A stretch of 27,996 nucleotides of DNA from Microcoleaceae cyanobacterium. GTDB lineage: Bacteria > Cyanobacteriota > Cyanobacteriia > Cyanobacteriales > Microcoleaceae. The notes beneath the pieces are model-generated. The model ran no database searches. It was given only the letters and a program-made list of their open reading frames with translations, and was not told where the DNA came from. Of this stretch, positions 1-9,929 are shown one piece after another; position 1 is the stretch's first letter; each line of letters begins with the position of its first letter. Where the stretch lies: assembly GCA_051652765.1 (NCBI GenBank), contig JBOFUV010000088.1, positions 1-27,996 of the forward strand, read 5' to 3'. Both the position numbers and the translations under genes were made by a program.

Positions 1-251
1 ACTCTCCTCCAACCACCCGCCAAGGACGACAAGGCAAAATCTACTATGGCACTCAGGTCAGCATTCAGCCGCCAACGTTTGTCTTGTTTGTCAATGATCC
101 CAAACGGTTTAATGAAAACTACCGCCGTTACATTGAAAGTCAGTTCCGCAAGAATTTAGGGTTCGTGGGGACACCGATTCGAGTATTCTGGCGAGGAAAG
201 GCGATGCGGGAGATGGAGCGAGGATCGGCAAACCGAGCCACTCGGGTATAA
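1..251 (+). CDS. der: Ribosome biogenesis GTPase Der/EngA, C-terminal KH-like domain (5' part lies outside the window)
   Basis: Not in the ORF track. Frame 3 reads [66 protein letters not shown]...RATRV*, stop TAA at 249-251. This is the typical EngA C-terminus. Confidence 0.95.
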   Translation, partial: SPPTTRQGRQGKIYYGTQVSIQPPTFVLFVNDPKRFNENYRRYIESQFRKNLGFVGTPIRVFWRGKAMREMERGSANRATRV

Positions 252-318
252 AGGTCTGCTTTTGCCTCCATTGACTGAGTGTATAGTTCTTGATAACCAA
301 ATCATCTGAAGTGTCATC

Positions 319-1269
319 ATGGATTTAATGCGATCGCTCCCCATTGGGCTCTACCTTGAGCAACCCGTGACTTGGTTGCACAACCTTGACCCTCGCATTA
401 AACTGTCGTGGCTCATGAGCTGTTTGCTGACTCCCTTACTCGCCAATCCCCTGTGGCGATTGTCTGTAGTTGGGTTTTTGGTTGGGATCACCCTGAGCGC
501 AAGAATCCCCTGGCGGGTGTGGAAACGGCAAATGGGATGGCTGTTAATGTTTTGTAGCTTGCTGTTTATCATCAGTTGTATTTTGCCCGATGGGGTTACC
601 GTTGAGCATCGTCCCCGTCTACCTGAAGATGAAATTGCTTTCCAGCGTTCCTCAATGCCTTCGAGCCAAAATACCCAAACGGCTCAAAGTGGATCTAGTG
701 AACAGCAAGCCTTACCTCAACCCACACCCTATCGTTATACGATCTTTCAGCAAGGCCCCTTAACAATTACCCGTCGTTCTGTTGACCTAGGCATCCGAAC
801 CAGTACCTTGTTGTTTACCTTGGTTTACAGCACCAATTTATTTTTGCTGACCACCTCTCCCGAAGAAATTACCACTGCGATTGAACGTTTTCTAACACCT
901 TTACAACGGTTCAAGCTGCCGGTAGTAGAAATTGCCTTGACCTTAACTTTGTCCCTGCGATTCTTTCCGCTGGTTTTGGAAGAAATTCAAAATTTGGTGC
1001 AGTCCGTGCGAACCCGTGCCATTAACTGGAAAAAGCTAGGATTTCGGCGGGCAACTCAAATTTGGTTATTGGTAGCCGAACGATTGTTGGAAAACTTATT
1101 ACTCCGAGCCGAACAAATTTCCAATGCGATGCAGGTGCGAGGGTTTACAACTCCGAATCAACATCGAGTGGAATGGTACCAACCTCAAATTCGGGGCGTT
1201 GATTGGCTGGCGATCGCCGGGTTAACCGTCTTCTGGGCCGTTCGACTGATTTGGGGGGCAGAACCCTAG
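319..1269 (+). CDS. ECF transporter transmembrane T component (CbiQ/EcfT family, Ycf92-like)
   Basis: MDLMRSLPIGLY..WLHNLDPRIKL N-terminus, LLTTSPEEI, LSLRFFPLVLEE, RAEQISNAMQVRGF motifs; hydrophobic segments. Confidence 0.88.
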   Translation: MDLMRSLPIGLYLEQPVTWLHNLDPRIKLSWLMSCLLTPLLANPLWRLSVVGFLVGITLSARIPWRVWKRQMGWLLMFCSLLFIISCILPDGVTVEHRPRLPEDEIAFQRSSMPSSQNTQTAQSGSSEQQALPQPTPYRYTIFQQGPLTITRRSVDLGIRTSTLLFTLVYSTNLFLLTTSPEEITTAIERFLTPLQRFKLPVVEIALTLTLSLRFFPLVLEEIQNLVQSVRTRAINWKKLGFRRATQIWLLVAERLLENLLLRAEQISNAMQVRGFTTPNQHRVEWYQPQIRGVDWLAIAGLTVFWAVRLIWGAEP

Positions 1270-1875
1270 TTGAAAAGATATTTGGGGTTGACTCCGGGTT
1301 GAGTTTGCTGACCAACAAAATCTGCTAAAAATTTTGCACATCATACATTTTATTATGAGGTTTTTGCATAAGCTGTCAATTGGCATCTAGATTAACCAGA
1401 ATAATTGCATCACTAATCTTTTTAGATTTACTAGAGCGAAACAACCTAAACACAACTAAAATTTTGATTCCCAAGGTCGGTAGACTTCAATAAATTAGCC
1501 AGAAGCTCTTACTATTCTTGCTCCTGCCCTGTCAGAAGTCACGTCATATCTCCTGCAAGTAAGCAGACTGTAGAAGGTTTTACCATTAATTTTGCTAACG
1601 GGGGGATTGCCTGACTTTCATCCTGTATATTGATAGTAAACCTTTCCTATTCTATAATTAGAAAACTGTAAAATCAGAAAAAATTGTGCCTCTTTTTACA
1701 GAGCCTTGACGATGAGCTAAGGCTCAAGGGTTGGGATAAGAGACGGGCTCCCGCTAACACTTTACAACTCTAAAGTGTCAGATGAATGGGTTAGATAAAT
1801 TGGAGTTCCTCAGCCGTGAATGTCTAAATCATTTCTATCAATAGTGAATTGTTAGTGATTGAATTGTGCAGTTGA

Positions 1876-2145
1876 ATGACTACAGAAACCTATATGAACC
1901 ACCCAAACTTTGGCCTACTGTTCAAAGTTTGCTCAGTTGAGGAGCATCAGGAACTTTTTACCACGCTTTATGCCCACCGCCTGTTTTTTTTGGTAACTCA
2001 CGGGCCGAATGGCTTGAAGTTTGAACCCGTGAGTCGCTCGGATGCCAAGCTTGCCGTAGAAATTCGCCTTCGCACCCTGCGCCGAATGAGCCAGCTAGAG
2101 GAATATAAAAAGCTTCAACTGACCCATCAACAAACTTTCCAGTAA
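1876..2145 (+). CDS. pipX: PII/NtcA-interacting protein X
   Basis: 89 aa, ETYMNHPNFGLLF...LFTTLYAHRLFFLV...FEPVSRSDA; sits immediately before a yggS-family gene as in other cyanobacteria. Confidence 0.95.
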   Translation: MTTETYMNHPNFGLLFKVCSVEEHQELFTTLYAHRLFFLVTHGPNGLKFEPVSRSDAKLAVEIRLRTLRRMSQLEEYKKLQLTHQQTFQ

Positions 2146-2153
2146 TTTGAAGC

Positions 2154-2849
2154 GTGAACACAGATTCAATTGCAGAACGCATTTGTCAGCTTCAATCTAT
2201 TCTTCCTGAAACCGTGCGGTTAATAGCAGTCAGCAAGACTTTTTCAGTTGATGCGATTCGCCAAGCTTATGCTTCAGGAGTGCGGGATTTTGGTGAAAGT
2301 AGAATTCAAGAAGCCCTGGAAAAACAGTCTCAGTTGCAAGATTTGCCCGAGATTACCTGGCATTTTATCGGCCACCTCCAGGCCAATAAAGCGATCAAAG
2401 CAGTGCAGCATTTTCAATGGATTCATTCCGTAGACAGTCTCAATTTGGCTCAGCGCCTCGACCGTCTGGCACAAGAGTCCAACTGCACTCCCCGAGCTTG
2501 CCTGCAAGTGAAATGTTTACCCGATCCGAAGAAATATGGTTGGAGTACTGCCGAGTTACTGGCTGATCTGCCGAAATTAAATCAATGTTGCCACTTGCAG
2601 ATTAAAGGGTTGATGACTATTCTGCCTCAGGGACTCAAGGATTCAGAGGCTTTAGACGTGTTTCATCAAGTGTGCGAATTGGCAGCAGAAATTCGTCAGC
2701 AAATTCAGCAGCAAAATTGGCACAATCTTGTGATGGAAGAACTTTCAATGGGAATGTCGGGGGATTTTACCCTGGCTGTTCAAGCTGGAGCAACGATGAT
2801 TCGGCTCGGACAAACTGTCTTTGGTGCGCGAGAGACCAAGACAGGATAG
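2154..2849 (+). CDS. pipY: PLP homeostasis protein (YggS/PLPBP family)
   Basis: LIAVSK, DFGESRIQE, WHFIGHLQANK, LSMGMSGDF, GATMIRLG motifs; GTG start 8 bp after pipX. Confidence 0.95.
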   Translation: MNTDSIAERICQLQSILPETVRLIAVSKTFSVDAIRQAYASGVRDFGESRIQEALEKQSQLQDLPEITWHFIGHLQANKAIKAVQHFQWIHSVDSLNLAQRLDRLAQESNCTPRACLQVKCLPDPKKYGWSTAELLADLPKLNQCCHLQIKGLMTILPQGLKDSEALDVFHQVCELAAEIRQQIQQQNWHNLVMEELSMGMSGDFTLAVQAGATMIRLGQTVFGARETKTG

Positions 2850-3000
2850 GATATTAATTTGTGTAGATGGCTAGGTCAATTAAACTAGCCTGTTAAGACG
2901 ATGCATCAAAATTTAGATGTATCTCAGGTATGGCTAATTCCAAGCAACTGGCCTAAAATGAGGGTCTAGTTTGGGCTAAATGTCTCATGGAGAATGCGCT

Positions 3001-3609
3001 GTGAATACATTGTTCAGTAAGTTGCGGGACTTCGTAGGACTCAACGACTCTGTTGAGTACGACTACGAATACGACGAAGTAGAAGGGGAACAGTACCAAC
3101 AGATGTACCAGGCCCCCCAAGAATTTGCTCCCCCTGCTCCCGCAGAGGAAGAGCGTCGCAGCCTCCGTCGCCCCCGTGAACGCACGGTTGGCACTGTCAA
3201 TACTAGTTCTGTCATGTCTGAAGGAGTCGGTTCAGCGATGAATAATGTAATTGGAATGCCCGGTGCTCTCAATGGCATCTCTGAAGTCGTTGTCATGGAG
3301 CCTCGTACCTTTGAGGAAATGCCTGCAGCAATTCGGGCACTGAAGGAAAGAAAGTCCGTCGTGCTCAACTTGACCATGATGGACCCTGATCAAGCTCAGA
3401 GAGCAGTTGACTTTGTTGCGGGCGGAACCTACGCGCTTGACGGTCATCAAGAACGAATTGGCGAAAGCATCTTCCTCTTCACTCCAAGCTGTGTTCAAGT
3501 TAGAACTCAGGCAGGCGTTATGAATGAAGTCTCTGGTCAAGGTCGCACCCGGATTCCCTCTCCCATGGCCTCAACTTGGCAGTCTGAAAAGGTTCAGGCC
3601 GTTCAGTAG
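3001..3609 (+). CDS. sepF: Cell division protein SepF (Cdv2)
   Basis: N-terminal amphipathic [12 protein letters not shown]; core EPRTFEE...[32 protein letters not shown] at 3001, preceded by GGAG, is preferred over the ATG at 2980. Confidence 0.93.
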   Translation: MNTLFSKLRDFVGLNDSVEYDYEYDEVEGEQYQQMYQAPQEFAPPAPAEEERRSLRRPRERTVGTVNTSSVMSEGVGSAMNNVIGMPGALNGISEVVVMEPRTFEEMPAAIRALKERKSVVLNLTMMDPDQAQRAVDFVAGGTYALDGHQERIGESIFLFTPSCVQVRTQAGVMNEVSGQGRTRIPSPMASTWQSEKVQAVQ

Positions 3610-3795
3610 TTAGATCTGCTGAAGTTTAGTTAGGTTAAGTGTGTACCCTCAAGTTAAGGTTAGTTGAGATGAGGCAATGCTTCACTTTACTAACTATTGA
3701 TATGGCCCGTTAACTCGAACAAGCCCTATCTAGGGTCGGTTTCTCTCAGTAATATTGTGAATATCAAGTCCGGTTGATCAGTCATATTTTAGTAT

Positions 3796-3828
3796 TTTTG
3801 AAAGCCCCGCGTCGTGGGGCTTTCAAAA
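3796..3828. terminator. Intrinsic terminator-like hairpin between sepF and proC (possibly bidirectional)
   Basis: TTTTGAAAGCCCC-GCGTCGT-GGGGCTTTCAAAA, perfect 13-bp inverted repeat. Confidence 0.65.
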
Positions 3829-3980
3829 GTGATTACAGGACTTATATCGTGGATTTGATCTAAGAAGATTCCTTTAAGAAGCCATCACCCATATCAACTT
3901 TTTACGCTCAATTTCAGAATGCTTTGTACTCTAATGCTTTGTACTCCTGAGTTTGGGGATAATAGAGTTCAGTTTTAAAT

Positions 3981-4802
3981 ATGGCATCTTATAAACTAGG
4001 TTTTATTGGTGGCGGGGTAATGGGAGAAGCTCTCTTATCCCGCCTAGTTGATCAGAACCTTTATGCAGCAGCAGAGATTTTGGTCAGCGAACCTCAAGTC
4101 CAACGTCGAGATTTCCTGGCGACTCAGTATGGTGTTGCGACAACGAATAGTAACCCAGAAGTCATTCAGGCGACTGAAGCGGTGTTGTTAGCCATCAAGC
4201 CTCAGATTTTTCAAACCTTGGCCACGGAGCTAGCTCCCTTGGAGCAGGATTCCAAGTTGGTCTCTTCAGGTATGATCATCTCAATTTTGGCCGGAGTCAC
4301 CCTAGGTCAATTGGAGGCTGCTTTTCCGCACCGACCCATGATTCGAGTCATGCCGAATACGCCAGCAACGGTCGGAGCTGCAATCAGCGCGATCGCCCCC
4401 GGCATCAAGGTTCAACCTCGTCATTTGGATCGGGCCAAGCAAATTTTTTTGACGGTTGGGGACGTGATCGAAGTTCCAGAATATCTGATGGATGCGGTTA
4501 CTGCCCTTTCTGGCTCTGGCCCTGGATATGTGGCCATCTTCATTGAAGCGCTGACTGATGGTGGCGTGGCGGCAGGTCTGCCCAGGGCGATCGCGACCCA
4601 GCTTGCCCTACAAACCGTTCGAGGCACGGCAGAATTGCTCTATCAATCCGGTCTGCATCCTGCCGAACTCAAAGATCGAGTCACGAGTCCCGGTGGGACT
4701 ACTATTGCGGGTATTGCCCAACTGGAACAAGCCGGGTTCCGTTCAGCCTTGATTGAAGCAGTTAAAGCAGCCTGCGAGCGTTCAAAGGAACTCGGACATT
4801 AA
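3981..4802 (+). CDS. proC: Pyrroline-5-carboxylate reductase
   Basis: GFIGGGVMG, LAIKPQ, RVMPNTPA, TALSGSGPGY, VTSPGGTTIAG motifs. Confidence 0.97.
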   Translation: MASYKLGFIGGGVMGEALLSRLVDQNLYAAAEILVSEPQVQRRDFLATQYGVATTNSNPEVIQATEAVLLAIKPQIFQTLATELAPLEQDSKLVSSGMIISILAGVTLGQLEAAFPHRPMIRVMPNTPATVGAAISAIAPGIKVQPRHLDRAKQIFLTVGDVIEVPEYLMDAVTALSGSGPGYVAIFIEALTDGGVAAGLPRAIATQLALQTVRGTAELLYQSGLHPAELKDRVTSPGGTTIAGIAQLEQAGFRSALIEAVKAACERSKELGH

Positions 4803-4819
4803 AGGATAGAAGCATAATC

Positions 4820-6307
4820 ATGATGAAAACACGGTTACCCGAGCTAGAAACCATTCGGAATGGATTGCCTAATATTTGTGGTTTTGAAGCTGAAATTGCC
4901 TCAATTATCCAGGGTAATGAACCCGTTTTTTTACCCGTTACCAACCTAAAGTTAGACCAGATTACGGCTGGATTTGCCTGTGCGCTACATATGCACCAAC
5001 CCACAATTCCAGCCGGAAACAACGGTGAATTAATCAGCAATCTGCAGCACATGTTTGAACATCCTCATGACGGGAATAATCACAACGCTGGCGTTTTTAC
5101 CTGGTGTTATCATCGCATGGGACAGTTTATTCCTCAGTTAGTTTCTGAAGGATGCAACCCTCGAATTATGTTGGATTATTCTGGGAACTTGCTCTGGGGA
5201 TTGCAACAAATGGGGCGGGACGATGTTCTGCATGATTTGAAAACTATTACCTGCGATTCCCGCTATTTTCCCTATGTTGAATGGTTGGGAACCCTGTGGA
5301 GTCATGCCGTGGTTCCGTCCACTCCGGTTCCGGATATCAAGCTTCAGATTCAAGCCTGGCAGCATTATTTTGCCGCCCTGTTTGGGTTTGAAGCATTGCA
5401 AAGAATCAAGGGGTTTTCGCCTCCAGAAATGCATTTGCCCAACCACCCTGATACTTTGTTTGAATATATTAAAGCCCTGAAAGAGTGTGGTTATCGCTGG
5501 CTTTTAGTCCAGGAACATTCAGTAGAACAAATGGACGGCTCCCCGTTAAAATCAGAAAATAAGTATATTCCCAACCGTTTAATCGCTCGGAATTCTTTAG
5601 GAGAAATAATCAGTATTACGGTTCTCATTAAAACTCAAGGGTCAGATACAAAATTAGTGGCTCAAATGCAACCCTATCATGAAGCCAAAGGACGAAGCCG
5701 ACAACCCCTTGGAAAGATCACCATTCCCTCTTGCGTGACGCAAATTGCAGATGGGGAAAATGGTGGGGTGATGATGAATGAGTTTCCCCGTGATTTTCCT
5801 ACTATTTGGCATCAGATTAAAAACAATGGCCGGACTGAAACTGGCGTAGTGGGATTCAACGGCACAGAATATCTAGAACTCCTTGAAGCAGCCGGAGTAA
5901 CGCTTGAAGATTATCCCCCTTGCCAAGCCGTGGGTCAGCATAAAATTTGGCAAACCGTTGATCCCAACCATTCAACTCCAGCAGCCATTGAACAGGCCAT
6001 TCAAAACTTGAAAAAAAATGATTCCAATTTTCAGATGGAAGGAGCCTCTTGGACAAACAGTATTAGCTGGGTTCAAGGGTATGAAAATGTCCTCGAACCT
6101 ATGAATCAACTCAGCGCTCTGTTTCATCAAAAGTATGACCCGTTGGTTGAACATGACCGCTCAACCACCCGTCGCTCAGACTATCAAGCGGCACTGCTTT
6201 ATCTTTTACTGCTGGAAACAAGTTGTTTTCGGTATTGGGGCCAAGGGGTGTGGACAGATTATGCCCAAGAGCTATATCAACGAGGGGCCGATCTTTTGCA
6301 GCCCTAA
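4820..6307 (+). CDS. Glycoside hydrolase family 57-like protein (cyanobacterial type)
   Basis: ALHMHQP (GH57 HxHQP motif), GFSPPEM nucleophile region, IADGENGG, ETSCFRYWG. Confidence 0.8.
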   Translation: MMKTRLPELETIRNGLPNICGFEAEIASIIQGNEPVFLPVTNLKLDQITAGFACALHMHQPTIPAGNNGELISNLQHMFEHPHDGNNHNAGVFTWCYHRMGQFIPQLVSEGCNPRIMLDYSGNLLWGLQQMGRDDVLHDLKTITCDSRYFPYVEWLGTLWSHAVVPSTPVPDIKLQIQAWQHYFAALFGFEALQRIKGFSPPEMHLPNHPDTLFEYIKALKECGYRWLLVQEHSVEQMDGSPLKSENKYIPNRLIARNSLGEIISITVLIKTQGSDTKLVAQMQPYHEAKGRSRQPLGKITIPSCVTQIADGENGGVMMNEFPRDFPTIWHQIKNNGRTETGVVGFNGTEYLELLEAAGVTLEDYPPCQAVGQHKIWQTVDPNHSTPAAIEQAIQNLKKNDSNFQMEGASWTNSISWVQGYENVLEPMNQLSALFHQKYDPLVEHDRSTTRRSDYQAALLYLLLLETSCFRYWGQGVWTDYAQELYQRGADLLQP

Positions 6308-6386
6308 TCCTTGACTCTGCTTGCAGGTATGCCAACGCTTGGTCAGGTTTGATAGAATTTCACCTGCTGGCCCTAGAGATTTAGGG

Positions 6387-7916
6387 TTAAAACTGCTCAG
6401 CCTCTTGTTCTAGGACTTCAGCCCTAGATGGGTTAGGGAAAATCGGCAATTTAATTGCAGCTAATGAGGCTAGCTTGCTCTGCCGCTGAGGATTGAGTAA
6501 GGGAACTTGCCAAGGACTCTGTCCAATTTTGTTCGATAGAGCTGATTCCTGGTTTGATACATCGTCAGGTTGGATTGGGGCTAGAGGATGAATATCCTGA
6601 GTCTGCAGATCAGAGTAAGGTGAGTTCAAGCTGGGGGGAAGCGCAGAGGTATCTTCTGAGGCATACTTCAAGCGAATCTGATCCAGTTCATCTTCGATCA
6701 ATATGGGTTTAATATTGACGAATTCCGCCTCAGTGAGAAAGGGTTGAGTCGATGACTCAATATGCCAGTAGGCTTCTAGAGTCACTAAGTCATTGGGGGA
6801 AATGGACTGCACTGAACCCGTTGAGCCTGTCTCTTCTAAGTTGTTTACAGGGTGTTCTAGGGATGCCAAGTCTTCTGCTAAAGGATTTTCTAAGGGATCT
6901 TCTAAGGTAAATGAGATCGAATCAGGCTGAATTTCCAAGCGAGCGAGTTCACCCAATCGGCCAAGTTCAGTGCCTGTAGAATGGGCTGACCAAGGCTGAA
7001 CAGGCTCAGTTTTGAGTAGAGAAATAGGTGCTAAGCGGGGTGTAGCGGGAGCGACATCGTGAGTCATGAATTCTGCGTCCACTAACTCTAACTCTCCTAA
7101 CCCAGATGTGCTAACTTGAGGGCTGATTGAGGTTGCAGGATGACGTAAGGTCGGCATCTGTATGTGTTCCGGCTGCATCTCTAGACATCGCTCCAAGGCA
7201 GCTTTGAACTGAAGGGTATGACGCTGCTGGCGATGAAGCCGCGATCGCAGTTCTTGAGCCGTGCTCTGGGCCTGCACGAGGTCATTAAATTGCTCATTGT
7301 AGCGTTGCTGGGCTGCGACACATTCCCGCTCCAGTTGAGCCATGCGAGCTTGACTGGTTTCCCACTGTTCCGTCAAAGTTTCAACTAAAACCTGCTGGCG
7401 GCGAATCACCTGATTAGACAACTCCAACTTGCCAAATAACCGAGCCACTTGATCTTGGGCAAGTTCAAAGTCTTGGCTGCGCTGACTCAGGAGACTATCT
7501 TTCTCCTGCAAAGCATTCTGACAGTTTTCTAGCTCTGCTTCCAACTCGGTGACTCGACTAATCAAGTCTCGATTGCAATCATGCAACGCTTGCACCAGTT
7601 GGGTAGAACTTTCATTCGGTGGAATTGATCCTAGGGCTTGAACGGGTTCTTGAAAGTGCTCACTCATGGTTCTCTCCTGAAAAATACCCCCATCCTCAGA
7701 TGGATCAATAGCAATGGGCAGATGATCAACATTAGTCGCATTGGGGAAGGTCACTGTTTCCCAGTCAGAACCTTGGTTAGATCCTAGAGGATTGATGATC
7801 GGTCTACTCGATTGGGTTGAACCCAGAGCCCGAGAAAAGTTTGAAATGCCAGACCCTTGGTCAGCAGAGGCAATCTTGTCGGAAGGCTGACTAGGCGGGA
7901 GATCAGCTTCAGGCAT
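6387..7916 (-). CDS. Hypothetical protein with long central coiled coil and low-complexity termini
   Basis: Open frame; heptad-rich segment (NRDLISRVTELEAELE...LHRQQRHTLQFKAALERCLE). Start MPEAD at 7916, after GGTGGA, is more plausible than 8066. Confidence 0.75.
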   Translation of the reverse strand: MPEADLPPSQPSDKIASADQGSGISNFSRALGSTQSSRPIINPLGSNQGSDWETVTFPNATNVDHLPIAIDPSEDGGIFQERTMSEHFQEPVQALGSIPPNESSTQLVQALHDCNRDLISRVTELEAELENCQNALQEKDSLLSQRSQDFELAQDQVARLFGKLELSNQVIRRQQVLVETLTEQWETSQARMAQLERECVAAQQRYNEQFNDLVQAQSTAQELRSRLHRQQRHTLQFKAALERCLEMQPEHIQMPTLRHPATSISPQVSTSGLGELELVDAEFMTHDVAPATPRLAPISLLKTEPVQPWSAHSTGTELGRLGELARLEIQPDSISFTLEDPLENPLAEDLASLEHPVNNLEETGSTGSVQSISPNDLVTLEAYWHIESSTQPFLTEAEFVNIKPILIEDELDQIRLKYASEDTSALPPSLNSPYSDLQTQDIHPLAPIQPDDVSNQESALSNKIGQSPWQVPLLNPQRQSKLASLAAIKLPIFPNPSRAEVLEQEAEQF

Positions 7917-8782
7917 ATTTCCACCATAAACATCACAGAATACTAATTTCAGTTTACCGTGACATGCCTGAACTGCCAAAGCACCGAACGAGCCGACATG
8001 AGTCAACCTAAAGTCGATGGTAGAGCGGCATGAGCATTTCTTGGCATTCGGATAGGTCAATGACACCCGCCGATCCCTTATTTTTGGCTTAGTGTAAATT
8101 CGATTTTACAATTTTGGAGCCAAATCCTTTTACTGTTGCCGGAGAAAACCTCAAGAATATTCCAATTTAGGGCATTGTATTTGAAGATTAAGCGTTCAAT
8201 CTCCAGGGGAAATGACAAGCCGCAATTTTTCACCCTTTTCTACAGTTGAGGCTCAAGCGCTAGAACTTGAATCGGTTGCAAAGACACGGGGATAAGTATT
8301 GTTGAAATAGAGTTAGGAGTAGTAGCAATTTAATGAGAAGGCGGATAGCAATAAATGACTTAAAAATTGGGCTCTTTGAAACTTTTATATAAAAAAGCCT
8401 TGATAATTGCTTTCAACCTAATAAATCGCTGGAATCCAGTAAACTCGTTCAACAATAAGAATTGCTGACTTATCAGACAGCTTAATGCAAAAAAGTAATA
8501 GTGTGTTACGATTATTGCAAGCCAAGTATAAGTCAAACCTCAATTAAGGCTTGAGATTTTTGCGACGGAGTTAGCATTACTTAGGCTTTTCAAAGAATTT
8601 ACTAGATTACATAGTTTTAGTTGCACAAGACTTTTACTGAAAACAAGGGATTACAGACTTCAAACTAGATGGGGTTTGTGCGGTTTTCTGCGTATGGATA
8701 AAACCTGAAATCTGAAGAAGCTCGGCAATTTTAAGGAAGGCTTCTCAATCGTTTGAGAATAAATTTAAGGAACTTTAATTGT

Positions 8783-9904
8783 ATGGCAGCCATAAAAGAA
8801 ACGGCTTTAGTTTACTGTGAAAATCAATTTGGCTTAGTAGATGGAAAAACCGCATCAGGGTTAGTTCGCCACTCTGAAATTTATACTATTGTTGGGGTTA
8901 TTGATAGTTCATTAGCGGGCAAAGATGCCGGGGAAGAGTTGGGGGACAAGAGGAGTGGGATTCCCATTTTTGCTAATTTAGAAGATGCTTTGAGCAAGCT
9001 TTCAGCAACCCCAAACTGTTATATCTATGGAAAAGCCCCCTTGGATGCTTGTATATCCACGGTCGAAAGACTTCTGATTTTAGAAGCGATGGAAAAAGGA
9101 ATGGACATCATTAATGGTCTGCATCAATTCTTCTCCGAAGACCGAGAATTTGTTCATATGGCTGTCCAGTGTGGTGTCCAAATTAAAGACATTAGAAAAC
9201 CCCCAAAATTAGAAGATCTGCATGTTTTCACAGGTCAAATATCCAAGGTGAATGTCCCTGTAATTGCTGTTTTAGGGACTGATTGTGCTTGTGGGAAAAT
9301 GACTACCGCAGTGGAACTCGACAAAGCTTTAAACCGCTTGGGAGTGAAGTCGGTCATGGTCGCAACCGGGCAAACCAGCTTAATGCAGGGGGCAAAGTAT
9401 GGCGTATCAATGGATGCACTTGTCTCCCAATTTGCAATTGGTGAAATCGAAAATGCTGTTGTTCAGGCTTTTGATCATGAGCATCCCGATATCATTTTGG
9501 TCGAGGGACAAAGTGCCGTCAGTCATCCTGCTTTTATGAGTTCTATTGGGATTTTAAAAGGAAGTAAGCCCGATGGCGTTATCCTACAGCATCCACCAGC
9601 CCGAAAGTTCCGATGTGATTTTCCTCATTTAACAATGCCGACTGTCGAGAGTGAAATTCAACTGATTGAAGCGATTTCTCAGTCTCAGGTGGTTGCGATC
9701 GCCCTGAGCCACGAAAATCTAACGGACGCAGAAATCCCGAAAATTATCAGGGATTATGAAAACCGTTTGCACTTGCCAACGACGGACGTACTCAATTATG
9801 GATGCCAAAAACTGGTTCAAGCTTTGTGCAAGCATTTTCCAAAGCTGAATCAAAAGATTAAACAAGAGAGTTTAGAAATAGTGCCTCTACTCATGATGAG
9901 GTAG
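8783..9904 (+). CDS. DUF1611-domain protein (P-loop NTPase fold; family that includes D-glutamate N-acetyltransferase DgcN)
   Basis: GKTASGLVRHS, IINGLHQF, VLGTDCACGKMTT, VATGQT, ILVEGQSAVSHP motifs; ATG at 8783 after AAGGA. Confidence 0.85.
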   Translation: MAAIKETALVYCENQFGLVDGKTASGLVRHSEIYTIVGVIDSSLAGKDAGEELGDKRSGIPIFANLEDALSKLSATPNCYIYGKAPLDACISTVERLLILEAMEKGMDIINGLHQFFSEDREFVHMAVQCGVQIKDIRKPPKLEDLHVFTGQISKVNVPVIAVLGTDCACGKMTTAVELDKALNRLGVKSVMVATGQTSLMQGAKYGVSMDALVSQFAIGEIENAVVQAFDHEHPDIILVEGQSAVSHPAFMSSIGILKGSKPDGVILQHPPARKFRCDFPHLTMPTVESEIQLIEAISQSQVVAIALSHENLTDAEIPKIIRDYENRLHLPTTDVLNYGCQKLVQALCKHFPKLNQKIKQESLEIVPLLMMR

Positions 9905-9929
9905 ACGCAAAGCCTCTGGATAGACATAG

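Noticed and set aside
3918..3946. Duplication of AATGCTTTGTACTC upstream of proC
   Set aside because: Two copies only; most simply a slippage duplication with no recognisable regulator motif
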